Made by a program: the position numbers and the translations under genes
Assembly (NCBI GenBank): GCA_039804025.1
Contig: JBDRZP010000002.1
Span: 96,851-160,850 of the forward strand
Reading direction: 5' to 3'
Source of the DNA: a candidate division WOR-3 bacterium
Lineage (GTDB): Bacteria; Hydrothermota; Hydrothermia; Hydrothermales; JAJRUZ01
DNA length: 64,000 nucleotides
Shown here: one piece after another, positions 10,360 to 18,428 of the stretch
Layout of the letters: every line of letters begins with the position of its first letter
Numbering within the stretch: position 1 is the first letter of the stretch
The notes under the pieces: model-generated
What the model was told of the DNA's origin: nothing
The model's input: only the letters and a program-made list of their open reading frames with translations
The model's database searches: none

Positions 10360-10802
10360 GATTCTTCCTTTATAACCCAGACCTTTATTATTCCTTCAAT
10401 ATTTTTGTAAAGTTTTATAGGAATTTCATATAAACCTGGTTCTTTTAAAGGTGAATCAAGTTCAATCTGAGTCTTTTCAATATTTTTAAAACCTCTCTCT
10501 TCAAGTGCTTTAACTATATCAATCTTTGTCACAGCTCCGTAAGTTTTTTCTTTACCCTTTAAAGTAAAGGAAATAGATATTGAAGATAAAGAATCTTTAA
10601 GCCTTTCAGCCTGTTCTATTAAATGCTTTTCTTTATTTAATTTCTGTTTTTCAACTTCTTTTAAATGCCTTATGATACCGTCCGTTGCCGGTGCTGCTAA
10701 TCCCTTTGGTATCAAAAAATTTCTTGCAAATCCATCTTTTACTACTTTTATTTCTCCCTCTTTCCCGAGTCCTTTAACATCTTTCAAAAGTATTACTTTC
10801 AT
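10356..10802 (-). CDS. rplI: 50S ribosomal protein L9
   Basis: [36 protein letters not shown] is the canonical L9 N-terminus. Confidence 0.9.
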   Translation of the reverse strand: MKVILLKDVKGLGKEGEIKVVKDGFARNFLIPKGLAAPATDGIIRHLKEVEKQKLNKEKHLIEQAERLKDSLSSISISFTLKGKEKTYGAVTKIDIVKALEERGFKNIEKTQIELDSPLKEPGLYEIPIKLYKNIEGIIKVWVIKEES

Positions 10803-10807
10803 AACTT

Positions 10808-11023
10808 TTAAATCACATACTCCTTAACAAACGGTAAAAGTGCCATCTGTCTTGCTCTTTTTATTGCAAGGGCAAGCTTCCTCTGATGGTATGCACAGAG
10901 CTTTGTCTGTCTTATTGTCATTATCTTACCTCTTGGAGTAAGATAATTTTTCAAAGTTTCAACATCTTTGTAATCTATTATTCCTATTCCTTCTTTACAA
11001 AACCTGCATTTTTTTGATTTCAT
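10808..11023 (-). CDS. rpsR: 30S ribosomal protein S18
   Basis: [34 protein letters not shown]...[13 protein letters not shown]. The start was moved to the internal ATG at 11023, which has a GGAGGAAAAAT RBS. The longer ORF in the track would overlap ssb. Confidence 0.9.
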   Translation of the reverse strand: MKSKKCRFCKEGIGIIDYKDVETLKNYLTPRGKIMTIRQTKLCAYHQRKLALAIKRARQMALLPFVKEYVI

Positions 11024-11036
11024 ATTTTTCCTCCTT

Positions 11037-11465
11037 TTAAAAAGGTAAATCGTCCTCAGGTGGTATCTCCTCAGGTGGTAATTCTTCTTCAGGTGCAACA
11101 GATATCTCTTCTGTCTTTTCCTTTTCTAAAAATTGAACCCTTAAACCAACAACTTCAACAACACTCCTTTTTTCACCATTTTGAGTCTCAAAGGTTCTTG
11201 ATTGTAATCTACCTTCAATAAAAACAGGTGAACCTTTGGAAAGTTTCTGGTTTACTCTTTCAGCAAGAGCACCAAAGGTTACTACATTTACAAAAAGAGT
11301 ATCCTCTTTCCAATCACCTGTTGAAGGATCTCTATAAGGTCTAGTAGAGGCAAGCCTAAATCTTGATATTGCCCTACCCTGAGGGGTAAATCTTATTTCA
11401 GGATCCTGAACAAGTCTCCCTGAAAGAATTACTAAATTCATATTCGGAACCTTTATATCAGCCAA
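11037..11465 (-). CDS. ssb: Single-stranded DNA-binding protein
   Basis: It has an OB-fold ([29 protein letters not shown]) and an acidic C-terminal tail ending in DDLPF. A TTG start at 11465 follows a GGAGGTG RBS; the ATG at 11441 is an alternative. Confidence 0.9.
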   Translation of the reverse strand: MADIKVPNMNLVILSGRLVQDPEIRFTPQGRAISRFRLASTRPYRDPSTGDWKEDTLFVNVVTFGALAERVNQKLSKGSPVFIEGRLQSRTFETQNGEKRSVVEVVGLRVQFLEKEKTEEISVAPEEELPPEEIPPEDDLPF

Positions 11466-11784
11466 CTTCCACCTCCTTCTTTCCTTTAAAAGATTTTACA
11501 TTTTCCTTTCTCAATATCATTACACGAAATATTTCTCTAATCAGACGAATCTGATTTCTTAAAAAGATAGGTAAATCTGAACCCGATTTAAATTCCCATA
11601 AACTATAAAATCCAGAATTTTTATGCCTTATAGGATAAGCAAACTCCCTGATTCCCCAGTCATCCACCTTTAAAATTTCTCCACCATTTTCTTTTATAAG
11701 ACTTTCCAATTTATTATAAATTTCTTTTCTTTTCTCAACATCCAGTTCAGGATCAAAAATTAACATCATTTCATACTCTCGCAA
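11458..11784 (-). CDS. rpsF: 30S ribosomal protein S6
   Basis: MREYEMMLIFDPELDVEKRKE...GGEILKVDDWGIREFAYPI is the S6 signature. It heads the conserved rpsF-ssb-rpsR-rplI cluster. Confidence 0.9.
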   Translation of the reverse strand: MREYEMMLIFDPELDVEKRKEIYNKLESLIKENGGEILKVDDWGIREFAYPIRHKNSGFYSLWEFKSGSDLPIFLRNQIRLIREIFRVMILRKENVKSFKGKKEVEVG

Positions 11785-11807
11785 TTTTTCCTCCTTTGTT
11801 TAAAATG

Positions 11808-11857
11808 TCTCAGGTTGGGTCTGGAACCCGTAATTTTTACCTACGGGTCCTGAGACA
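11808..11857 (-). ncRNA. Structured leader / terminator hairpin in the ychF-rpsF intergenic region (candidate S6:S18 autoregulatory rpsF leader)
   Basis: The nested inverted repeats GTCTCAGG...CCTGAGAC (8 bp) and ACCCGTA...TACGGGT (7 bp) form a bulged hairpin that ends 24 nt upstream of the rpsF ATG. An RNA motif that binds the S6:S18 complex is established for rpsF leaders. Matching this hairpin to that motif is inference. Confidence 0.4.
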
Positions 11858-11871
11858 AGTTTAAGAATTAA

Positions 11872-12885
11872 TTATACAGTGGAACTAAACTTAAATTCAA
11901 GAATATCTCTATCCTTAACAATATAATCCGGTCCGTGAATCTCTATTTTACCCTTTTCCTTAAGTTCTTTCCAGGAAGGAATTTCAAGAAAGTCAAAGGG
12001 GTTTGCAACTTCTACTTTTATAAATCCCTTCTGAATATCACTGTGGATTTTACCTGCTGCTTCATAAGCATTCTTTCCTTTTTTAAGTGGAAAGGCACTT
12101 GCAATTTCACCTTTTAATGTATAAAATCTTATAAAGCCAAGAAAATTAAAGGCATATTCCAGAATTTCAAAGGGGGAAGAAAAACCTTCTTTTTTTAATT
12201 CTTTTAAAATTTCTTCCCTTTCTTCTTCACTTAGATCTTTTAATTCTTCATATATTTTGAAAGGAGAAATAAAATATTTATCCTTAATATCAAGTTTATA
12301 ATCTTTCTTTTTATCATCAGAATTTATAACAAAAATTTTTTTCTTTGCCATTAAAAGGGGAAAGTCTTTTATATCTTCTGGTTCGAGCCCCTTTTCAATT
12401 TTTTCCTTTGCCTCAATTAATTTTTCCCTTAAATCCTTATTTAAATTTTTTTCTTTCAATTTTTTTTCTATTCTCTCCACATCTGAAATAGAAAGTTCCA
12501 GTAAAAGGATTTCTCTCTCTTTATCAGGATTTATTTCTTTTAAATAAGAAGAAACCCTTTCATCACTAAACCCCCTTAAAATAAATATTAATAAATCAGC
12601 TTCTCTTATATAAGAAAGAAACTCATTACCAAGACCTTCTCCTTTATGGGCACCCTCAATTATCCCTGCAATATCATAAACATTTACTTTAAAATTTCTT
12701 ATCTCCTTTGAGTTAGCCTTAAAAGCGAGTTTTTTTAAAAGTTCATCTTCAATCTCTGCTTTTCCTTCATTTTTACCAATGGTTGTGAATGGATAGATAT
12801 TTCTCTCTACTTCCTTTCCTGTTACAATATAAAAGAAGGTAGATTTCCCTGAATTTGGGAAACCCACCAACCCAATTTTTTCCAC
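11872..12885 (-). CDS. YchF/Obg-family GTPase-like protein (divergent ribosome-binding ATPase with TGS-like C-terminal domain)
   Basis: It has a G1 motif, GLVGFPNSGKSTFF, and a C-terminus (IRFYTLKGE...AGKIHSDIQKGFIKVEV) that resembles the YchF TGS domain. Confidence 0.6.
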   Translation of the reverse strand: MEKIGLVGFPNSGKSTFFYIVTGKEVERNIYPFTTIGKNEGKAEIEDELLKKLAFKANSKEIRNFKVNVYDIAGIIEGAHKGEGLGNEFLSYIREADLLIFILRGFSDERVSSYLKEINPDKEREILLLELSISDVERIEKKLKEKNLNKDLREKLIEAKEKIEKGLEPEDIKDFPLLMAKKKIFVINSDDKKKDYKLDIKDKYFISPFKIYEELKDLSEEEREEILKELKKEGFSSPFEILEYAFNFLGFIRFYTLKGEIASAFPLKKGKNAYEAAGKIHSDIQKGFIKVEVANPFDFLEIPSWKELKEKGKIEIHGPDYIVKDRDILEFKFSSTV

Positions 12886-12911
12886 CCTTTTATAGAACTA
12901 TAAAATTCTAT

Positions 12912-13118
12912 TTAAGCTCTTTTTACTTTTACAGCCTTGGGACCTTTTGGTGAATCTACTTTTTCAAAACTCACAGCTTCACCCTGTCTTAAGGTTTTAA
13001 ATCCATCTATTTCTATGTCCGAGTAATGGACAAAGAGCTCTTCGGATCCATCGTCAGGAACAATGAATCCATATCCTTTTTTTGCGTTAAACCACTTTAC
13101 GCGACCTGTGAGACGCAT
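12912..13118 (-). CDS. cspA: Cold-shock protein (CspA family)
   Basis: [36 protein letters not shown] carries the RNP1 and RNP2 motifs. Confidence 0.9.
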   Translation of the reverse strand: MRLTGRVKWFNAKKGYGFIVPDDGSEELFVHYSDIEIDGFKTLRQGEAVSFEKVDSPKGPKAVKVKRA

Positions 13119-13149
13119 CTTAAAAACTCCTTTTGATTAAAAAACTTTA

Positions 13150-13161
13150 GGATTTGAACCT
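13150..13161 (-). promoter_or_regulatory. Upstream motif AGGTTCAAATCC (read on the minus strand), 31 nt upstream of the cspA ATG
   Basis: Seen directly. On the + strand it contributes TTGAAC, followed by a 16-nt spacer and TATAAA. That makes it also a plausible -35 element for the divergent gene at 13202. Confidence 0.5.
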
Positions 13162-13201
13162 TTAAAATAAATCTCTATAAAATACCATATATTTTTTAAA
13201 A

Positions 13202-14305
13202 ATGCAAATATTTAAAAAATACCCAAGTTTTATTCTTTTTATATTCTTTTTTTCTGGAATAATTTTAGGTAAAAACATTAAAAATTTTTTTCTGAGTATT
13301 TTAGTTTTTTTAATATTTTTAATTTCACCATTTAAATATTTAACTTTTATTCCACTTGGAAATCTTCATTTTTATTTAAATAAAAAAGAAGATAAGAATT
13401 TGAATTATCCTATTTTGTTAAAAAAATTAAACAAATACTTTAAAGACAAAATGGAAAAAAACTTTGAATCGGAAACAAAGGAATTCTTACTTCCTCTTTT
13501 ATTAGGTGAAAGAAGTAAATTAAATAAAGAAAACTTTAAAAAATTTATAAGAACAGGAACACTCCACTTTTTGGCTATTTCAGGTCTTCACATGACAATA
13601 ATTACTTCTATTTTCATTTCCTTTTTTATTTTTTTAAGAATGAATTTTAAAAGGGCTATAATATTTTCAATCCTTGGAGTCTCCCTATACATAACAATTA
13701 TTCCTTTAAGACCTTCTGTTTTGAGAGCCTATATAATGATAGTATCTTTTCTTTCAACTTTTTCTTTAAATATAAAAGTCCATCCGCTTTCTATTATTGG
13801 AAATGCAGGATTTTTATCCCTCATACTATTCCCAGAAAGTGCCTTTGATCCGGGTTTTCATCTCTCCTATCTTGCAACAACAGGAATAATAGTTTTATTC
13901 CCCCTTTTTAACAAAATGAAAATCAAAAACTATTTTTTAAGAAACTTTTTATACCTTCCCTTTTCCGTTTCACTTTCTGCACAATTATTTGTCTTTCCTT
14001 ATATCTACTTTTTTTTCAAAAATATTTCACTTATTGCTCCATTATCAAATATTATTCTTTCACCACTTATTTTTTTATCTCTACTTGGAGGAATATTAAG
14101 TTTAATTTCACCTTTTGGATTTTTAACAGAAAGATTCGTAGTTTTTACAGAAATAATAACAAAAATAATTTTTTTTCTTTTAAATTTTTTATCTAATAAA
14201 AGTATTTTTATTTATACTGAAAAAATAAACTACCTATATCTTTCTATATTGATTTTTTTACCTCTTTTAACCTTTACATTGAAAATCTTAAATCAAAAAA
14301 AATAA
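13202..14305 (+). CDS. ComEC/Rec2-family membrane protein (competence domain only; no metallo-beta-lactamase domain)
   Basis: LHFLAISGLHMTIITSIF is the ComEC competence-domain signature. The protein is polytopic and only 367 aa long. Confidence 0.65.
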   Translation: MQIFKKYPSFILFIFFFSGIILGKNIKNFFLSILVFLIFLISPFKYLTFIPLGNLHFYLNKKEDKNLNYPILLKKLNKYFKDKMEKNFESETKEFLLPLLLGERSKLNKENFKKFIRTGTLHFLAISGLHMTIITSIFISFFIFLRMNFKRAIIFSILGVSLYITIIPLRPSVLRAYIMIVSFLSTFSLNIKVHPLSIIGNAGFLSLILFPESAFDPGFHLSYLATTGIIVLFPLFNKMKIKNYFLRNFLYLPFSVSLSAQLFVFPYIYFFFKNISLIAPLSNIILSPLIFLSLLGGILSLISPFGFLTERFVVFTEIITKIIFFLLNFLSNKSIFIYTEKINYLYLSILIFLPLLTFTLKILNQKK

Positions 14306-14314
14306 AATTTATAA

Positions 14315-16543
14315 GTGGAAGTAATTAAAGACCTTATACCAGTAAAAGCATTAAATAAATTAAAGAGTAGCATAGGGAAAAAATATATAATAATCTCCGG
14401 AGAACCAGGGCTTTTAAAAAGTGAATTAATAGAGAAATTTATCTCAGAAACAAAAATTCCCTATGAAAGATTTATTTTAAAAACAGAAGATAAAAAAACC
14501 TCTTATTTCCTTCAAAGACTTTCAGAAAAGTTAATAAGAGGTGAGGCAGAAAGTCTTGAGGGAATGAAAAATTCACTTATTAATTTTTTTAGAGAAGAAA
14601 AAGATATTAAACTTTTTATTTTTGAAAGATTTGAAGAAATAAAAGGTTCTGAAACAGAAAGTTTATTCTGGAATATAAGTATAAATTCAAATCCTGAAAT
14701 AAGTTTTCTATTAGAAACAAGAGAAGAAATTAAAACACCTCTTGAAACCCAAACAGAAAGGATTGATAGAAACTATCTCCTTTTAACTGAAGAAGAAGTA
14801 ATTGATTTTTTAATAAAGAATAATATAACTTTCAAAAAAAGAGATATTGAGAAAATTTTGTCAAAAACTGGAGGGCATGGACTTTTTACAAGAATATTCT
14901 TATCAGAGTATTTATCAAAAAATATAATACCAGAAAAAATAGAATCAGATTATATTGAAAATATTTTAAAAGAAAAATTTATGTCTCTTGAACCTGATAA
15001 AAAAAGCTTAGTTATGGGAATTTCCTGTTTAGAAAGATTTAAAAAAGAAGAACTTGAGAGAATTTTTGGATTGAAAGAACCAGAAAAATTTATTGATGAA
15101 ATAACTAAAAAATTCCTTTTTGTAGAAAAAGCCGGTGATTACTATTACTTAAATCCCCTTTTCAGAGAATACCTCCAAAAGGAACTTGAAAAAAGCCCAA
15201 AGGGACTTATGCTTAAAAAATGGATACTTGACAATGCCATTGAATATTACCTTGAAAAGGAAGATTTTTTCCAGGCTCTTTTTTATCTTGAAAAACTGAA
15301 ATTCTATTCAAAAATTCTTGATATTTTAAGTAAAAAGTTTTTTGATATCCTTGAAACGAATAGAGCCCTTGAAATAGAACCTATTCTTGATAAATTGCCA
15401 GAAGAACTTCGTCAGAATTTCCTTATAATATTAATTAAAGCACAGATTTATCTATTAGAACATAAATTTGAAGAAATTCTAAAGGAGCTTGAAAAAATAG
15501 ACATAAATAAACTGGAACCATTATATTTAGGTGTTTATTACTATTTGAAAGGAGCTGCATTATATTATTTAAGTAATTATGAAGAAGCAGAAAAAAATGC
15601 ATATAATGGTCTTCTTTATAAAGAAAAAATTGAAAATAGAATTCTTTATCGCTTAAACAACTTGCTCGGTGCAATTAATTCAATGAAAGAAAATTTAGAA
15701 GAAGCGGAAAAATTTTATGAAGAAGCATTAAAAATAGCAAAAAATATTAAAATATCAAAAAGAGGACTCTCCATATTACTTACAAACCTTGGCTCAATTT
15801 ATCTAAGAAGAGGTGAGTATGAACTTGCAGAAAAAAATTATAAAGAAGCCCTCAGCTATACAGTAGATGAAGACCTAATTGCCTACACCCTCGGCTGGTT
15901 ATCTCAAAGCTATTTCTATTCTGGAAACATAGAAAAAACTTTAATTACATTAAATGAAATGAAAAAATCAATTGAAAAATCAAAAAGTTATTACTATTTA
16001 AATACATATTACACTGTTCTAAGAGATTACTATGTTTTTATGGAGAATTTTGAAGAAGCTTACTCAATTAATGAAAAGTTAAAAGAAATTTATGAGGAAT
16101 ATAAAGACCCTGAAATTATCTTTGATATGAAACTTTTTGAATCTTTTTACAATCTGATAAATTGTAATACAGAAAAAGCCTTAGAGATTGCACTATCTTT
16201 AAAAACAGAAAGAAACATTCTTGAAAGTGAAAAAAATATACTTCTTGCAAAAATTTATTTTAAAAAAGAAGAATATGAGAGAGCAGAGGAATATTTCAAA
16301 AAGGGAATTGAAATATGCAAAGAAAATATTTATAGACAAACAACTTATAGAATACCATATTTTTTATATTTATATTATACAAAACAATTTGATAAAGCTG
16401 AAAATGAATTTAAAATAATTAATGAGAAAATAAAAAATACAAATTCACTCCTTTTTTACATAAGGTTTAATTTAAAAACTTTTCCAGTAAAAATAGATGA
16501 GGAAAAAATTTTTAATTTCCTAAAAGAAAAGAACCTTATTTAA
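14315..16543 (+). CDS. TPR-repeat protein with an N-terminal STAND / MalT-like NTPase-like domain (Walker A degenerate)
   Basis: It has a GTG start. The N-terminal ~200 aa carry IIISGEPGLLKSE, which is a degenerate P-loop, not GxxxxGKS/T. The remaining ~500 aa are TPR-like helical repeats. Confidence 0.45.
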   Translation: MEVIKDLIPVKALNKLKSSIGKKYIIISGEPGLLKSELIEKFISETKIPYERFILKTEDKKTSYFLQRLSEKLIRGEAESLEGMKNSLINFFREEKDIKLFIFERFEEIKGSETESLFWNISINSNPEISFLLETREEIKTPLETQTERIDRNYLLLTEEEVIDFLIKNNITFKKRDIEKILSKTGGHGLFTRIFLSEYLSKNIIPEKIESDYIENILKEKFMSLEPDKKSLVMGISCLERFKKEELERIFGLKEPEKFIDEITKKFLFVEKAGDYYYLNPLFREYLQKELEKSPKGLMLKKWILDNAIEYYLEKEDFFQALFYLEKLKFYSKILDILSKKFFDILETNRALEIEPILDKLPEELRQNFLIILIKAQIYLLEHKFEEILKELEKIDINKLEPLYLGVYYYLKGAALYYLSNYEEAEKNAYNGLLYKEKIENRILYRLNNLLGAINSMKENLEEAEKFYEEALKIAKNIKISKRGLSILLTNLGSIYLRRGEYELAEKNYKEALSYTVDEDLIAYTLGWLSQSYFYSGNIEKTLITLNEMKKSIEKSKSYYYLNTYYTVLRDYYVFMENFEEAYSINEKLKEIYEEYKDPEIIFDMKLFESFYNLINCNTEKALEIALSLKTERNILESEKNILLAKIYFKKEEYERAEEYFKKGIEICKENIYRQTTYRIPYFLYLYYTKQFDKAENEFKIINEKIKNTNSLLFYIRFNLKTFPVKIDEEKIFNFLKEKNLI

Positions 16544-17327
16544 AATAATAATAAAAAGCCCTTAAAAGCAAAAAAATAAATAAAAAAATAGAGAAAGTTT
16601 TCCCAATTAAATTTCCATATTTTAAAAAATAAATTAAAAAACCTCTTGCAAAATCGAATTTTTTTAAAAATTCATTCTTTCTGCTTAAAAGGATAGATGA
16701 GCCCTTGTGAGAAAAGTAATTTTTTGAAAAATAAATATCCTTGACTTTAAATCCTTTATTATAAAATCTTATAAAAAATTCAACATCTGTAAAATAAACA
16801 AAAAAACTTTCATCAAAACCAAAAAGTTTTTCAAAAACTTCTCTTTTTAAAAAAATTGCAGAAAAAGCAGGTTGAATTTTTTCACCTTTTTTAATTATTC
16901 CTTTATGCCATCTGAATCTCAGTATATTTGTTAGTGAAGGTAAGGCTCTTAAAAAATAATAATATTTATCATCTTTTCTTAAAAGGGGAACCAAAACCAG
17001 AGGGTTATATTTTTTTAATTCATTAATAATTCCTTCAAAGTTTGATTTATCAAATGAAATGTCAGGGTTGCAGAAAAAAACATATTCACCCCTTGAGAAT
17101 CTAAAAGCAAAATTGTTGCCTTTTGAAAAACCAATATTTTTTTTAAATAAGAAAATTTTAATATTTTTTATTTTTTTTAAAATTGATGGGGTCTCATCCT
17201 TTGAACCTGAATCAACAATTATCCATTCGATTTCATTATTTAAAACTTCTTTTATAGAATTAAGTAAATTGATTATAACTTCACTGCTATTAAAACAAAC
17301 GGTTATTCCTGTTAAGAACTTTTTCAT
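16536..17327 (-). CDS. Glycosyltransferase family 2
   Basis: ITVCFNSSEVIINLL...WIIVDSGSKDETP is a GT2 (GT-A) N-terminal signature. Confidence 0.7.
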   Translation of the reverse strand: MKKFLTGITVCFNSSEVIINLLNSIKEVLNNEIEWIIVDSGSKDETPSILKKIKNIKIFLFKKNIGFSKGNNFAFRFSRGEYVFFCNPDISFDKSNFEGIINELKKYNPLVLVPLLRKDDKYYYFLRALPSLTNILRFRWHKGIIKKGEKIQPAFSAIFLKREVFEKLFGFDESFFVYFTDVEFFIRFYNKGFKVKDIYFSKNYFSHKGSSILLSRKNEFLKKFDFARGFLIYFLKYGNLIGKTFSIFLFIFLLLRAFYYYFK

Positions 17328-18369
17328 TTATTACCTTTAAAAGCTCAAGAGAAACTTCCTTCCAAGGTTTAAAAGCTTTTTTAAAAGATAACTTACCTTT
17401 TTTTATATCTTCAATAAATTTTAGCATTTTATCTTCTTCTCCCCAAACAAAACCCTTACCTTTTTCATATTTCACAAGGTAAGAAAAAAGATTTGAAGAA
17501 TTTTTAAAATAAGCAAGAATAGGAACAGAACTTCCAGAATATTCAAAAAATTTAAGAGGGATATAATTTCTGGTATCACTATCCCTAAAAATTATAAATA
17601 AATCTGCAATTTCAAAATAATTTTTTAAATTTTTATATTCCACATAGCCAATGTTTTTAATTCTTCTATCTTTTAATCTTACCTCAGGACCCAAAAGGTA
17701 AAGATTGTAATTAACAGATTCTGTAAACTTAACAAATCTTTCAAAACTTTCAATAGCATTTTTTAGAGTTCCTGTATAAATTATGTTAAATCCCTCATGA
17801 GATTTTTTTTCAAACTCTATTGTTCCTCCATGCAAAACATAACCCTTTATATTAAAACTCTTTAAAACATAAAAATGGGAACCTATAAATAAATCAACTA
17901 TATTTTCTGAATTTTTAATAAATTTTTTAAATTTCTTTCCACTTTCAAAATCTGCAGGATCTCTTATCTCACATATAAGGGGTAAATTAAATCTCCTTTT
18001 TAGGGATAGAGCAACTTTTAAAAGTTCAAAGGGAGGAATTGTAACAAATATGAATTTAAAATTTTCTTCCTTTAAAATCGTTTTTGCTCTTTTATAAAAT
18101 GGTCTTAAATATCTTTTTAATTCCCTTCCACCTTTATTTTTAATTTTTAAAGGTGTTTTTAAAAAAATTAAGTAATCAAAAACCCTCTCTATTTTTACAC
18201 CTCTCAAATCCTCTGATAAAGAATCATCTTTTAAAATTTTTTTTGGTAATTTTTTTGTTAAAATAACAGGCTCAGTAAAATCTTTTAAATATTTAATATA
18301 GTTATATGCCCTTATAGATGCAGCAAAAGGTTCTGGTGGAAAATAATAAGAAATAAAAAGAAACTTCAA
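17290..18369 (-). CDS. Glycosyltransferase (GT-B, group 1-like)
   Basis: MKFLFISYYFPPEP is typical of GT4 N-termini. The C-terminal half is Rossmann-like. Confidence 0.55.
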   Translation of the reverse strand: MKFLFISYYFPPEPFAASIRAYNYIKYLKDFTEPVILTKKLPKKILKDDSLSEDLRGVKIERVFDYLIFLKTPLKIKNKGGRELKRYLRPFYKRAKTILKEENFKFIFVTIPPFELLKVALSLKRRFNLPLICEIRDPADFESGKKFKKFIKNSENIVDLFIGSHFYVLKSFNIKGYVLHGGTIEFEKKSHEGFNIIYTGTLKNAIESFERFVKFTESVNYNLYLLGPEVRLKDRRIKNIGYVEYKNLKNYFEIADLFIIFRDSDTRNYIPLKFFEYSGSSVPILAYFKNSSNLFSYLVKYEKGKGFVWGEEDKMLKFIEDIKKGKLSFKKAFKPWKEVSLELLKVINEKVLNRNNRLF

Positions 18370-18378
18370 TTTAATGAA

Positions 18379-18401
18379 GGGGGAGGGTAATTTCCTCCCC
18401 C
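18379..18401. terminator. GC-rich hairpin GGGGGAGGG-TAATTT-CCTCCCCC downstream of the protease gene at 18429..21293
   Basis: The 8-9-bp G/C stem is seen directly. A T-rich tract follows on the + strand. On the minus strand it lies 28 nt after the protease stop. Confidence 0.4.
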
Positions 18402-18428
18402 TCTCTTTTAATTTTTTCTTCTTATATT

